Assembly (NCBI GenBank): GCA_048882385.1
Contig: JBHLRQ010000003.1
Location: forward strand, 11,126-75,125
Origin: Candidatus Thorarchaeota archaeon
Lineage (GTDB): Archaea > Asgardarchaeota > Thorarchaeia > Thorarchaeales > Thorarchaeaceae
DNA length: 64,000 nt
Direction: 5' to 3'
The position numbers and the translations under genes were made by a program. Of the stretch, positions 8,799-18,349 are shown in pieces (position 1 is the first letter of the stretch; each line of letters begins with the position of its first letter). The notes beneath the pieces were generated by a model that was not told the DNA's origin, searched no databases, and saw only the letters and a list, made by a program, of their open reading frames with translations.

Positions 8799-9875
8799 CT
8801 ATAACTTTCGTTTTCCTAGAAGGAATTGTTCTACCCATCTCTCAGCTTTGTACATAGTTGTTGGAGTTGGGGGCATTTTGAATCCATATGCAGAAATTGA
8901 CTCAAGAGATCCAGCAAGGCCTCTCTTTAGAGCAAGTTTTGTACCACGTATAGCATCCATGAGAATTGGTCCTGCATTAGGTCCATCAGTCACTTCCATT
9001 CTGATGTCAATCTTGATGGGTGCTCCACCAAACTGACGCCCATTGATGTAGAAATAGGAATCTCGAGCATTGTCCATGAATTCAACCCAATCTGATGAAC
9101 CTGCAACAATAGGTGCATCATATGGAAGGTCTTGTCCTACAGCCTCGCTTTTCACTCCTCTCTTTCTCAAACGACCTCTATAATGAGAATCTATTGATTC
9201 TGCTCCTCCACCAATATCTAGCTGGTAGCTCTTGTCTACCTTCACACCTCTTGAAACTAATAATTGCAGTATATTCCTGTGAAGAACTGTGGAGCCAAGC
9301 TGATCTTGAATGTCATCTCCGACTAACGGGAGTCCTTTCTCTTCAAATTTCTTACTCCATTCGAGATCTGAGGCGATAGGAATGGGTGTGCCATTGATGT
9401 ATGCACAACCCGCTTCGAGAGCCGCATTAGCATAGTACTTTGTAGCTTCCTCTGCAGAACCAGGAATAAGGTTGATGAGAATCTCAGCTCCGGAGTCTTT
9501 GAGAACTTTAGCAACATCGACGTCCTTTGCTTTAGATTCGGTAACAAGCGCCTTTAGCATATCATCAAGACCATCAAGTGCTGGACCCTTCATGACCTCG
9601 ATACCTGTTTTGGGAACCTTTGCGAATGCCATTACATTGTTAGGTTTGGCGAATATCGCATCCGCCAGATCAGTACCTACTTTTGTGTCAGCTACATCAA
9701 AAGCTGCAACAAACTTGATATCCTTGACATGATATCCTGCGAAGTCTGGATGTCCAAGACCTACCATCTGCTTGTCTGCTCGTGCATCTTTGTAGAATTC
9801 AACACCTTGTATAAGTGCACTAGCACAGTTTCCAACTCCAACTATTGCAACTTTTATTCCATTCAAATAAGCCAC
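8799..9875 (-). CDS. myo-inositol-1-phosphate synthase (archaeal type)
   Basis: N-terminal NAD-binding motif VAIVGVGNCASALIQG. About 358 aa, which is typical of archaeal MIPS. Confidence 0.78.
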   Translation of the reverse strand: MAYLNGIKVAIVGVGNCASALIQGVEFYKDARADKQMVGLGHPDFAGYHVKDIKFVAAFDVADTKVGTDLADAIFAKPNNVMAFAKVPKTGIEVMKGPALDGLDDMLKALVTESKAKDVDVAKVLKDSGAEILINLIPGSAEEATKYYANAALEAGCAYINGTPIPIASDLEWSKKFEEKGLPLVGDDIQDQLGSTVLHRNILQLLVSRGVKVDKSYQLDIGGGAESIDSHYRGRLRKRGVKSEAVGQDLPYDAPIVAGSSDWVEFMDNARDSYFYINGRQFGGAPIKIDIRMEVTDGPNAGPILMDAIRGTKLALKRGLAGSLESISAYGFKMPPTPTTMYKAERWVEQFLLGKRKL

Positions 9876-9977
9876 CTCTGGTTCTAGCTTTGCGATTTCC
9901 TGTACATTTCTTATAAGTTATTCTATACACATAGAATAGTTAGGTCCCCGAAGAACTTATGTTGGTATGTTGCACTT

Positions 9978-10233
9978 ATTATGGTTGGACGAAAGGCTTG
10001 CGCTCATATGCTCCCGCGTCATCGAAAGTCGTGGGAATGACGCAACCGCGTTGAAAAAGCAATACGAATGTCCATCTGCAGGGAGATTCGGCTCCTACCC
10101 AATAGGGTTCAGGGAGATGCTGACACAGCGTGTGCATTGGAGCACCACTCATGTTTAAAAGTAAAAGAGGGTGGACCTCGAGCCCGAAAAAGGGCACCAA
10201 GTCTTAGGCGTAAAGCCTTCGTCCACCTTTTTC
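9978..10233 (+). ncRNA. structured GC-rich ncRNA, unclassified; possible SRP (7S) RNA
   Basis: A GC-rich island in an otherwise ORF-free 525-nt gap. The 5' strand TGGTTGGACGAAAGGCTTGCGC (9981-10004) is complementary to the 3' strand GCGTAAAGCCTTCGTCCACC (10208-10227), forming a long closing helix. Internal hairpins are seen (GCGTCAT/ATGACGC, GGAG/CTCC, ACCC-AATA-GGGT, GTGC/GCAC, GCCC-GAAAAA-GGGC). It ends in TTTTT (10228-10232), the archaeal oligo-T terminator. A TATA-like TTATAAG lies at about 9911. The only ORFs across it are short overlapping two-strand ORFs typical of noise. Confidence 0.45.
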
Positions 10234-10399
10234 TAGCAAAACTATCCAGTGGATGAGTTTATAGGCAGTTCAAACAATTCAAAGAACAGCAGTGCCCTCA
10301 AATTGAATCATAAGCTCCAGAGTTCCAGGCACAGCTTTGCGATCACTGAAGAAGATTCTACTTTTGGACGCCTGCAGAACACAGTGAACGTGAGTTATC

Positions 10400-10882
10400 A
10401 TGGGTTATCAAGAGAGAGAACCAATCGAGGCCGTAATTTCTGATCTCAAACCAAGGATGAAGAGTGTTAATATCTCATTCAAAGTTATCGAGAAAGGTGA
10501 AGTTCGAGAAGTAACATCCCGCGCAGATGGAGAGCAACATCGTGTATGCGACACTATTGTTGGAGACAGCTCTGGGAAAGTTACTGTGCCCCTATGGGAT
10601 GCCTCAATTGATGAAGTTGAAGCTGATAAAACCTACAGACTAGAAAATGGATATACTACCCTCTTTCAGGGTCATCTAAGATTGAACATCGGTCGATATG
10701 GTACACTGAAACCAGCTGAGGAAGAGATTGCTGAAATCAACGATGAAGTCGACATGTCTGAGCAAGAACATGAACGCAGACCTCGATACGGTGGTTATCG
10801 CGGAGGCGGACGACGTGGCGGTGGATACAGAGACCGTGATCGTCGTGGTGGCGGCGGACGAGACTTCAGTCGAGGATACTAA
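10400..10882 (+). CDS. single OB-fold ssDNA-binding protein (SSB/RPA-like) with RGG/GAR-like C-terminal tail
   Basis: About 110 aa with an OB-fold-like pattern, followed by RRPRYGGYRGGGRRGGGYRDRDRRGGGGRDFSRGY. Confidence 0.55.
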   Translation: MGYQEREPIEAVISDLKPRMKSVNISFKVIEKGEVREVTSRADGEQHRVCDTIVGDSSGKVTVPLWDASIDEVEADKTYRLENGYTTLFQGHLRLNIGRYGTLKPAEEEIAEINDEVDMSEQEHERRPRYGGYRGGGRRGGGYRDRDRRGGGGRDFSRGY

Positions 10883-10938
10883 TCAGAAATCAATAACCTA
10901 CTGGGTGACGTCGCTACTAGTGATTGTCACCCCATCTA

Positions 10939-12102
10939 CTATTTTGCTAAATTTTCCGCAACAATGTCTACAACATCAACTACCCGTATATTACTCCCTT
11001 CAATCTCAACACCTGCTTTGAGGTTGCTCTCACAGAACGGACATGCTGTTGTAATGATTTCAGCTCCCGCCTCAAATGCAGTTCTTACACGATCTACAGC
11101 CATCCTTTTCGAGAGTTCAGGATCGTATGATCGAAGACCTCCTCCAGCACCACAACACATTGCAGCCTCTCGATTGGTTTCCATTTCTACAAATTCAACA
11201 TTAGGGATCGCCTTTATTATCTCCCTTGGATTGTCATAGACTCCAGCAGCTCTAGATAGATGACATGGATCGTGATATGTTATCTTGATTTTCTTCTCTA
11301 AGGGATTTAATCCGAGCTTCTTTTCTTTGACTATTTCCTGAAGTGCTTCGGTCACATGGAGAATTTCAGGAAGGTGGATATCGAGCTTTGGGTAGTCATT
11401 ACGAAGCGTCTTCAAACAACCTGCACAAGTCACAATAATCTTCTTAGCTCCAGAATTCTTAATGACTTCTGCAAGCTTCTCAGCAATCTTCCTAGCATCG
11501 TTAGTCCTTCCAGTTCGTAACATCACACTTCCACAACAGGGCTCATCCTCGAGGACTGCAAAATTGATGTCAGCCGCCTTGAGAATCTTCACCGTTGACT
11601 TGGCAATATTGGGAAGTCGAATTCCAGCTGTGCAACCAGTGTAGTAGATAACCTCTCCAGCAGAGGGAACTTCGAAACCAACTTCTTTGACCCAATCACG
11701 TTTGAGCTGTGTGTTTTCCTCGTATGGATTGTCGAACTGCATGATTCTCTGTGCAATTACATCACGAGTTTCATTAGGAATGTCACTCAGGACTGCTCTC
11801 ACCTTTTCTAGACATTCTGAGGGATCAAACTCTGCAACACAGATTTCAGTACAATTTCCACACAGTGTACATGTGAACAGCGATTCTGCATTTTCCGAAG
11901 TCTTCTCAAGGGTTCCATCGAGAAGAGCTAGGGCAACCTGTATTCTCCCACGCATGAAGCTGGTTTCAAATCCTTCAGAGTTTCTCCATACAGGACAGAC
12001 TCCATCAAATCCTCTGTCCTCGTAAACTGCATTCCGACAGATGCCACATCTACGACATTGCATCAAGTTCTCGACTAGTTCTTCTAGATCAATCTCCGCC
12101 AT
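10939..12102 (-). CDS. Fe-S oxidoreductase with two 4Fe-4S ferredoxin motifs and two CCG domains (GlcF/HdrD/LutA-like)
   Basis: CRRCGICRNAVYE and CTLCGNCTEIC ferredoxin motifs, then cysteine-rich CCG motifs (YYTGCTAG, HDPCHLS, AMCCGAGGG, TACPFCE). Confidence 0.75.
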   Translation of the reverse strand: MAEIDLEELVENLMQCRRCGICRNAVYEDRGFDGVCPVWRNSEGFETSFMRGRIQVALALLDGTLEKTSENAESLFTCTLCGNCTEICVAEFDPSECLEKVRAVLSDIPNETRDVIAQRIMQFDNPYEENTQLKRDWVKEVGFEVPSAGEVIYYTGCTAGIRLPNIAKSTVKILKAADINFAVLEDEPCCGSVMLRTGRTNDARKIAEKLAEVIKNSGAKKIIVTCAGCLKTLRNDYPKLDIHLPEILHVTEALQEIVKEKKLGLNPLEKKIKITYHDPCHLSRAAGVYDNPREIIKAIPNVEFVEMETNREAAMCCGAGGGLRSYDPELSKRMAVDRVRTAFEAGAEIITTACPFCESNLKAGVEIEGSNIRVVDVVDIVAENLAK

Positions 12103-12104
12103 TC

Positions 12105-13511
12105 TTAGATTCCTCCCAAGACTCCAGGGTTCATAATGTTGTTTGGGTCAATCATGCTTTTGATCTGTTTGAGAAACGCCATGTAATTATCCATTCCTTC
12201 AATGGCATCTTTCCAGTAACCAGAAAGCTTGAAAGGTACAGCACCTGTCTTGAAAAGGCGCTGTGAAAGGTCTCTGTGTGCTTCTCTTATTTTCAGTTCC
12301 TCTTCTCTATCCTGGGGGTCAAAGTAGAGCTGCGGATACCAGTTGTAGGAGGCGTGTCCCGACTGAAATCCTGCAGTATGTCCTAGAATACCATACTCAT
12401 CCATAACTGCCCAGAGAACCTCCATCGACTTGTGCCAATTAATCGGTGTCTGATGATGATACAAGATTCGCCAATGCCAACCATGAACATACGACGATCG
12501 AGCAAGTTCCCGCATACGATCCTCCCACTCACTTTTTGGAAGTTCCTTGATTCCGATAACGTAGCCATCAAGTTGTCTACAGGCATCTTTTGCTGCTTCC
12601 ATATCGCTCTGAAGCTGGTCTTCTCTGATACGACCAACAGCAACAGATACAGTGAATGTAGGCCATTCGTGTTGAGGGACACCATATTCCTCACCAACCA
12701 TATCTAGAAAGAACTCCAGAATTCTCCCTTCATAGATAGCAACCCAAACTGCATTGATATCTTTCTGTTTCAACTCGAGCAAGAATCTTTCAGCTTTCTC
12801 AACTTCACTAAATCCGTAGGTGTTGTAGTCCATATACCTCATTCTTTTGTGTGTCTTCAAAGAAACTTTCGTGATAATTCCGAAACTCCCAAGAGACCCT
12901 ATGAATAATCCAGTGATGTCCGGACCGAAAGAATACCTTAGGAATGGTCCAGGAGCATGGGGATTAGCTTCTGAACCGGTCTGGATAATTGTCCCGTCTG
13001 GTAAGACAACCTCAAGACCCATGACGAGTTCCGCGATGCATCCATAGACTCCGGATCCAAATCCAGCTCCGTTCACCGCAACACATCCAGCTAATGTCGC
13101 GACCAATGAAGACCCAGGATAGAATGGAACCCACAAGTCATGCTTGTTCAGATATTTGTCCAGTTTTCCAAATGTAATTCCCGCACCAACTGTGACAGAT
13201 CTCAGGTCTTTGTAGAGAGTAATCTCATCCAAACGCATTAATTCGACAACTAATCCTCCTGGCTGTGGTATGACCTCTCCTTGAAGACTCGATCCGCCTG
13301 ACCTTGGTGTCACCGCTATCTTGTATTTATTCGCAATCCTGAGGACACCAGCAACTTCCTCAGTCGTGCCAGGTCTAACTACAGCGCCTGGGAGAACTGG
13401 TTCATAGCTCATTGAGGCAGAGGTTGAATAACCAAGGAGGACGTCCTTTCTCGTTGAGATGTTTTCTTTTCCAACAATATTGGATAGTTCTTGTACTAAC
13501 TCCTTATTCAC
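12105..13511 (-). CDS. FAD-linked oxidase (GlcD / D-lactate dehydrogenase-like, PCMH-type FAD-binding)
   Basis: 468 aa with a GlcD-like organisation. It is directly upstream of the CCG Fe-S protein with a 3-nt gap, so the two form an operon. Confidence 0.75.
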   Translation of the reverse strand: MNKELVQELSNIVGKENISTRKDVLLGYSTSASMSYEPVLPGAVVRPGTTEEVAGVLRIANKYKIAVTPRSGGSSLQGEVIPQPGGLVVELMRLDEITLYKDLRSVTVGAGITFGKLDKYLNKHDLWVPFYPGSSLVATLAGCVAVNGAGFGSGVYGCIAELVMGLEVVLPDGTIIQTGSEANPHAPGPFLRYSFGPDITGLFIGSLGSFGIITKVSLKTHKRMRYMDYNTYGFSEVEKAERFLLELKQKDINAVWVAIYEGRILEFFLDMVGEEYGVPQHEWPTFTVSVAVGRIREDQLQSDMEAAKDACRQLDGYVIGIKELPKSEWEDRMRELARSSYVHGWHWRILYHHQTPINWHKSMEVLWAVMDEYGILGHTAGFQSGHASYNWYPQLYFDPQDREEELKIREAHRDLSQRLFKTGAVPFKLSGYWKDAIEGMDNYMAFLKQIKSMIDPNNIMNPGVLGGI

Positions 13512-13538
13512 GATCTTTCCTCCGAGGGTTGGGTGTAT

Positions 13539-13868
13539 TCAGAAGATATGACGAATCTTCATGAGGTCGGAGGCTGATCCTTTGACCTTTAATTTTCGTT
13601 TCAAAAGTGCACTAGCGGCGCTCATTTCCTCTAGGAACAGTTTCCGTATTGTTTCCTCATCACTATTAATTCTCATATCAGGCTCATCTATCGGCCCCTC
13701 GTGTACAGTGATATTGTTGTCCTTGACAACGAAATGGTATTCACTTCCCTCTTTGAGTTGCAAATATGCTGTGCGTTCCCATCCATCGATGGCTTCTTTG
13801 GTTTTCTCTCGTTCGAGTCCGATTACGATTCTCTCTCTCATAAGTTCCAGCAAGTCTTGAGTCATCAC
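13539..13868 (-). CDS. SCP2 (sterol carrier protein-2)-like domain protein
   Basis: The C-terminal pattern ...MSAASALLKRKLKVKGSASDLMKIRHIF matches the SCP2 signature (G.hk.kGd...hhkh..hF). Confidence 0.5.
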   Translation of the reverse strand: MMTQDLLELMRERIVIGLEREKTKEAIDGWERTAYLQLKEGSEYHFVVKDNNITVHEGPIDEPDMRINSDEETIRKLFLEEMSAASALLKRKLKVKGSASDLMKIRHIF

Positions 13869-13934
13869 TTGGCACTCCGGTATTCTCGAATTGAGGAAGT
13901 CCTAGATTTAGTTGTTTCCTTTGGAGTTGAAGGT

Positions 13935-14249
13935 CTACTCATCCCATTTCAAAACCTCAATGAATTCAATTCCTACTCTATGTTCTCCATCAGGAAAATC
14001 AAATGTGTTGAGTTTTACCTTGATTTTTCTACCACAAACTCCTACCATATACATTGACAAATGCACAGGATCAAATTGCTGAAGCACTTCTCTTAGTTTG
14101 AATATCTTCTTGTTCCCAACGTTGTCGAGAGCGAATCTTTCAAGCTCCCCAAACTTTGCTTTCTGAATTGCTTTGACAAGGCTTTCTCTATCATATCCCT
14201 CAATCACTGTGTTTCTCTCCTCTCTCGTTTTTAGAATTCGTAAACGCAA
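13935..14249 (-). CDS. hypothetical protein
   Basis: 104-aa ORF between the SCP2-like gene and eda. No motif recognised. Confidence 0.3.
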   Translation of the reverse strand: MRLRILKTREERNTVIEGYDRESLVKAIQKAKFGELERFALDNVGNKKIFKLREVLQQFDPVHLSMYMVGVCGRKIKVKLNTFDFPDGEHRVGIEFIEVLKWDE

Positions 14250-14251
14250 TC

Positions 14252-14911
14252 CTACTTTCTAAACAGCTTGACAATATCAAGGAATTTTCTGACATTCTCT
14301 GTAATCACATCATACCTTCCTTCCTTGATTGCTTTTTTGTCTGTGATAGCACTGCCTACACCCAACGCAAAAGCGCCTGCTTCTAGCAAAGGTCCTGCAG
14401 TTTCAAGATCCACTCCTCCTGTTGGAACGAGCGGAATCTGAGGTAGTGGACCTTTTATTGCTCTCAGATATGCTGCACCTCCAACATTTCCACAGGGGAA
14501 GACCTTCACAGCATCCGCACCTAATGTGAACGCATCGAAAATCTCTGTAGGTGTTAGAGCTCCAGGAATTATCGGTTTTTTGTGCTTTATTGCTTTTTCA
14601 ATCAGGTCGCGAGAGTAGTTTGGGCTCACGATGAACTCACTTCCTGCGTTGATGACCTCCTCTGCCATCTTTCCATCCACAACAGTTCCAGTACCAATTA
14701 GAACTTTATCACCGAATTTCTCAATGAGCTCTTTTACCACCTCAACTGCACCTGGAACACTCATTGTTACTTCTATAATATTCACTCCTCCATCAAGAAA
14801 TGCATCTGCTACCTTGAATGCTATTTCTGCAGTTTCAACTCGAATAATAGGAATAAGTGCTGTATCATGAATCAGCTTCAGGGCTTTGTCTTTCTCCCAC
14901 ATTTCAATCAC
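14252..14911 (-). CDS. eda: 2-dehydro-3-deoxyphosphogluconate (KDPG)/KHG aldolase
   Basis: Eda-family motifs: IIEVTMSVPGA, PGALTPTEIFDA, KVFPCGNVGG, VPTGGVD. Confidence 0.8.
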   Translation of the reverse strand: MIEMWEKDKALKLIHDTALIPIIRVETAEIAFKVADAFLDGGVNIIEVTMSVPGAVEVVKELIEKFGDKVLIGTGTVVDGKMAEEVINAGSEFIVSPNYSRDLIEKAIKHKKPIIPGALTPTEIFDAFTLGADAVKVFPCGNVGGAAYLRAIKGPLPQIPLVPTGGVDLETAGPLLEAGAFALGVGSAITDKKAIKEGRYDVITENVRKFLDIVKLFRK

Positions 14912-15903
14912 CTATCTATTCGAAGTCCTCTTTCTCTACCTTGGATTAGTTTCTCAACTTCGGATTTGTATACAAATGCAAGATCACCGGGAACAGAATG
15001 TTTCAAAGCCGAGAATGCAGACCCGAAGTCCACAGCCTTTTGAAGGTCTTTCAACTTCAGATATCCATAAATGAAACCAGCAGAGCAGGAATCCCCTCCT
15101 CCTAAACGGTCAATTACCTCTACATCATAGACGGGACTTCTGTAGACTTTTCCATCGGCATAGGCAAAGACTGACCACTTGTTCTGCAAGACACTCGGAG
15201 TTTCTCTCACTGTTATGACAACAACTTCAAAACCAAACTTGTCTGTCAGTTTGGCTGCGACATCCTCGTAGTCCTTACCCTCGATACCGTAAGCAACCTT
15301 CGTATCTTCCTCTGTGGTGATTAGAATATCGATGTTTTCTGAAGCGGGTTCAGTGAATTTCTGAGCTTCTTTTGGAGTCCAGAGCTTTCCTCTATAATTA
15401 ACATCGTAGGACACCTTAGCTCCTTGTTCCTGGGCAATCTTCAACGCTTCACTTGTAGCCTCAGCACAGCTCTTGCTGAGAGCGGGAGTGATCCCACTCG
15501 TGTGAAAGAGCTTTGTTTGTTTCAGAATCTTTGCCCAGTCTACCTCTCCTGGTTTAAGTTTACTAATTGCCGACTCTTTCCTATCATAGATGACTCTATT
15601 TGTTCTGGGAGCTGCACCAAACTCGACAAAGTAGACTCCACAACGACTGTCTGGATCCCATAGTATGTGAGATGTGTCTACACCATGCTCTCGAGCTTTG
15701 TTTCGGATGAAGTGCCCGATAGAATTGTCTCCTAACTTGGTGACATATGCTGAGTTTAATTCTAACCTAGCACATGCAACTGCAACATTCATCTCAGCGC
15801 CACCTGCGTGGGCGTTGAAGCTATGTGTTTGTTCAAAGCGCATAAAATCCGGTGGGGAGAGGCGAAGCATCACTTCTCCAAAGGTGACCACGTCGTAACT
15901 CAT
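14908..15903 (-). CDS. kdgK: 2-dehydro-3-deoxygluconokinase (PfkB/ribokinase family)
   Basis: PfkB-family sugar kinase (FGEVMLRL..., C-terminal GGGDSCSAGFIYG anion-hole motif). Its stop overlaps the eda start by 4 nt. Confidence 0.75.
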   Translation of the reverse strand: MSYDVVTFGEVMLRLSPPDFMRFEQTHSFNAHAGGAEMNVAVACARLELNSAYVTKLGDNSIGHFIRNKAREHGVDTSHILWDPDSRCGVYFVEFGAAPRTNRVIYDRKESAISKLKPGEVDWAKILKQTKLFHTSGITPALSKSCAEATSEALKIAQEQGAKVSYDVNYRGKLWTPKEAQKFTEPASENIDILITTEEDTKVAYGIEGKDYEDVAAKLTDKFGFEVVVITVRETPSVLQNKWSVFAYADGKVYRSPVYDVEVIDRLGGGDSCSAGFIYGYLKLKDLQKAVDFGSAFSALKHSVPGDLAFVYKSEVEKLIQGRERGLRIDR

Positions 15904-15984
15904 CTGTCACAACTCTCAGCCAGTTTAACAATGAATGAAGGTCCTTTAGAAATGTTAAATCTGCCGTTACTACACTTTGAAAGC

Positions 15985-18309
15985 TTAAACATGCTTACTA
16001 GAAAACTCAGTTCTAGCAATGACTTCGTCTTGCACAAATGGGTCTAACTCTATGAAGTACGCACTGTACCCCGCAACTCTAACGATCAAATCTCTATGTT
16101 GTAATGGATTTACTTTTGCGTCTTCTAGGATTTCCCGGGAAACAACATTGTACTGAACATGGAACCCGCCCATACCAAAATACGCATCCACCATACTGAT
16201 AAACTTCTGTCGACGTGCTTCAGTATCAAAGAAGTCTGGGGTGAATTTCATATTATACAATGTACCATTGTAGCATTTTGAGTGGTCTAGTCTAGCCACA
16301 GACTTCATTGCAGCTGTGGGTCCATTAACATCTCTATTTTGCGTCGGTGACACTCCATCAGATAGCATATAGCTCGCCTTTCGCCCATCTGGAGTTGCAC
16401 CAAGTACTTCTCCTTGAGGGATATACATTGATACTGAGAAAAGAGCTCCATGATATGGTCCATTACGAGTGGTCATCCTGTTTTGAATCGATTCGCAGAA
16501 TGCTCTCCCAGTATCTCTGGCTAGAAAATCGACATTTTCAATATCGTTTCCATATTTTGCTGGATCGTTCTCAAACTTAATTCTGAGTTCTTCATTACCT
16601 TCCCAGTCATCTGAAAGAATCTGAAGTAATTTCTCCATCGAGATTTCTTTTTCTTGAAAGATGTATTTTCTAATGATCTCCAAGGAATCTGCAACGATGG
16701 CTACTCCAACACCCATGATTCCTCCAGAGTTATACTTCACTCCTCCTTCCTGTAATGTCTTTCCTGATTCCAAACAGCCCTCGAGAAGAGATGAGATGAA
16801 CGGTGTTGGTGTGTTTTCAGCATGAACTCCTGCAGCAATTCGATCAGCTTGTGTTAGGAGCTCTATTGTGTAGTCAATCTGTTCAGTATATGCGATCCAG
16901 AGTTCATCGAAGGACGTGAATTCTTTTAGATTCCCGGTTTCTTTGCCAACAAGTTCCCCTGTTTTTGGGTCTCTCCCATTATTCAAAGTGATTTCGAGTA
17001 TCTTCGGTAAATTGACATAACCAATATTCTGTCTGGGATCTGATTTCCCGCCAATTATCGGTTCTACACATCCGAGTATTGAGTAATTGTAAGCTTCAGC
17101 TGGATCAGTACCTTTCTCAAGCATCATCGGAATAATGGCCTGATCATTGAAAAGGCCAGGCATCCCAAGACCCTTGGAAATGACTTTTACAACCTGCATT
17201 TTGATGTCATCAGGAGTCTTTTTGTGCCATCTAAATGACACACTAGGTTGAGTGACTCTGATATTTGCTGTCGCTTCCAACACAAGTCTTGTTAGATCGT
17301 TGGTGACATCATTTCCATTTTCATCCTGCCCTCCAATTGTCATATTCTGAAACATCGGATGACCAGCAAAAGCGATACTGTAGTATTCATCTCTCAACTT
17401 GATCAAAGACGTGAATTTTATCCACAGAGTTTCTATCATCTCGAGTGCTTCATCGCGATTCAAACTACCTGATTCAATATCTCTTTCATAGAACGGAAAC
17501 AGGTATTGATCAAATCTTCCAGTTGACATGGAGTGTCCATTAGATTCGGTCTGTATAAGAAGGTGAATGAACCAGAATGATTGTAATGCTTCCTGAAATG
17601 ACTCTGCTGGTTCAGCAGGAACTTTGGCGCAAATTCGTGATATCTCTCGAAGCTCAGCCATTCTCTTTTCATCAGTTTCTTGTTCTGCCATATCTGACGC
17701 AAGCATAGAGAATCTTTCAGCAAACCGAATTACAGCTTCAATTTCAGTCCTCACAGCATTATAGAAAAATGAGTCTTTTTTGTCAATGTCCTGGAGAATA
17801 TCTCTAAGTCCTTTCCTAATTACAGTTTCATAATCTACAATTACATGCCCTATTCCTGTCCCTGGCGATCCAATTGTGAATAGACCTGATTTCGAGGCTT
17901 TGATAGAATCTTGCGGCATAGTTAGGTGGGAAATCTCAGAAGTGCTCTTTCCATTCCAGAAACTAAACACTTCTCGAAGCTTTTTCTTGTCATCTTCACT
18001 GATGACAAACTTCTCTGTTCTCCTTTTATCAAATCGGTCCAACTCTTCCTCAATCCATTTCCAACTATATTCGGGAAACACCTGACATGACCTTGGTGTT
18101 GGACCCATATTCCCTACAATTAACTCCTCAAGTTCAATTCGAATAGTCATATTGTCCAGAACATATGCAAACCCACTTGCAAGACGTGTCATTGTAGGTT
18201 CTGACCAATGCTCCTTCACAAATTCTGTGAAAAGTACTGCACGCTCTGAGGAAATCGTTGGATCAGATTCAAGCATTCTCTGCTTTATCCGGTGGCTCCG
18301 AGATGTCAT
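15985..18309 (-). CDS. glycyl radical enzyme (PFL2 / glycerol-dehydratase-type; single catalytic Cys)
   Basis: C-terminal glycyl-radical fingerprint RVAGYSAYFIELD. A single active-site Cys sits in ILGCVEPIIGG rather than the CC of true PFL. About 774 aa. Confidence 0.85.
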   Translation of the reverse strand: MTSRSHRIKQRMLESDPTISSERAVLFTEFVKEHWSEPTMTRLASGFAYVLDNMTIRIELEELIVGNMGPTPRSCQVFPEYSWKWIEEELDRFDKRRTEKFVISEDDKKKLREVFSFWNGKSTSEISHLTMPQDSIKASKSGLFTIGSPGTGIGHVIVDYETVIRKGLRDILQDIDKKDSFFYNAVRTEIEAVIRFAERFSMLASDMAEQETDEKRMAELREISRICAKVPAEPAESFQEALQSFWFIHLLIQTESNGHSMSTGRFDQYLFPFYERDIESGSLNRDEALEMIETLWIKFTSLIKLRDEYYSIAFAGHPMFQNMTIGGQDENGNDVTNDLTRLVLEATANIRVTQPSVSFRWHKKTPDDIKMQVVKVISKGLGMPGLFNDQAIIPMMLEKGTDPAEAYNYSILGCVEPIIGGKSDPRQNIGYVNLPKILEITLNNGRDPKTGELVGKETGNLKEFTSFDELWIAYTEQIDYTIELLTQADRIAAGVHAENTPTPFISSLLEGCLESGKTLQEGGVKYNSGGIMGVGVAIVADSLEIIRKYIFQEKEISMEKLLQILSDDWEGNEELRIKFENDPAKYGNDIENVDFLARDTGRAFCESIQNRMTTRNGPYHGALFSVSMYIPQGEVLGATPDGRKASYMLSDGVSPTQNRDVNGPTAAMKSVARLDHSKCYNGTLYNMKFTPDFFDTEARRQKFISMVDAYFGMGGFHVQYNVVSREILEDAKVNPLQHRDLIVRVAGYSAYFIELDPFVQDEVIARTEFSSKHV

Positions 18310-18349
18310 CCCTAAATTATCTCACATTTGTATACATTACTTTATCCAT

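Noticed and set aside
9967-10256. Three short ORFs on both strands across the GC-rich island
   Set aside because: They overlap one another on both strands inside a region with strong RNA secondary-structure signals and an oligo-T terminator. The region is read as an ncRNA instead.
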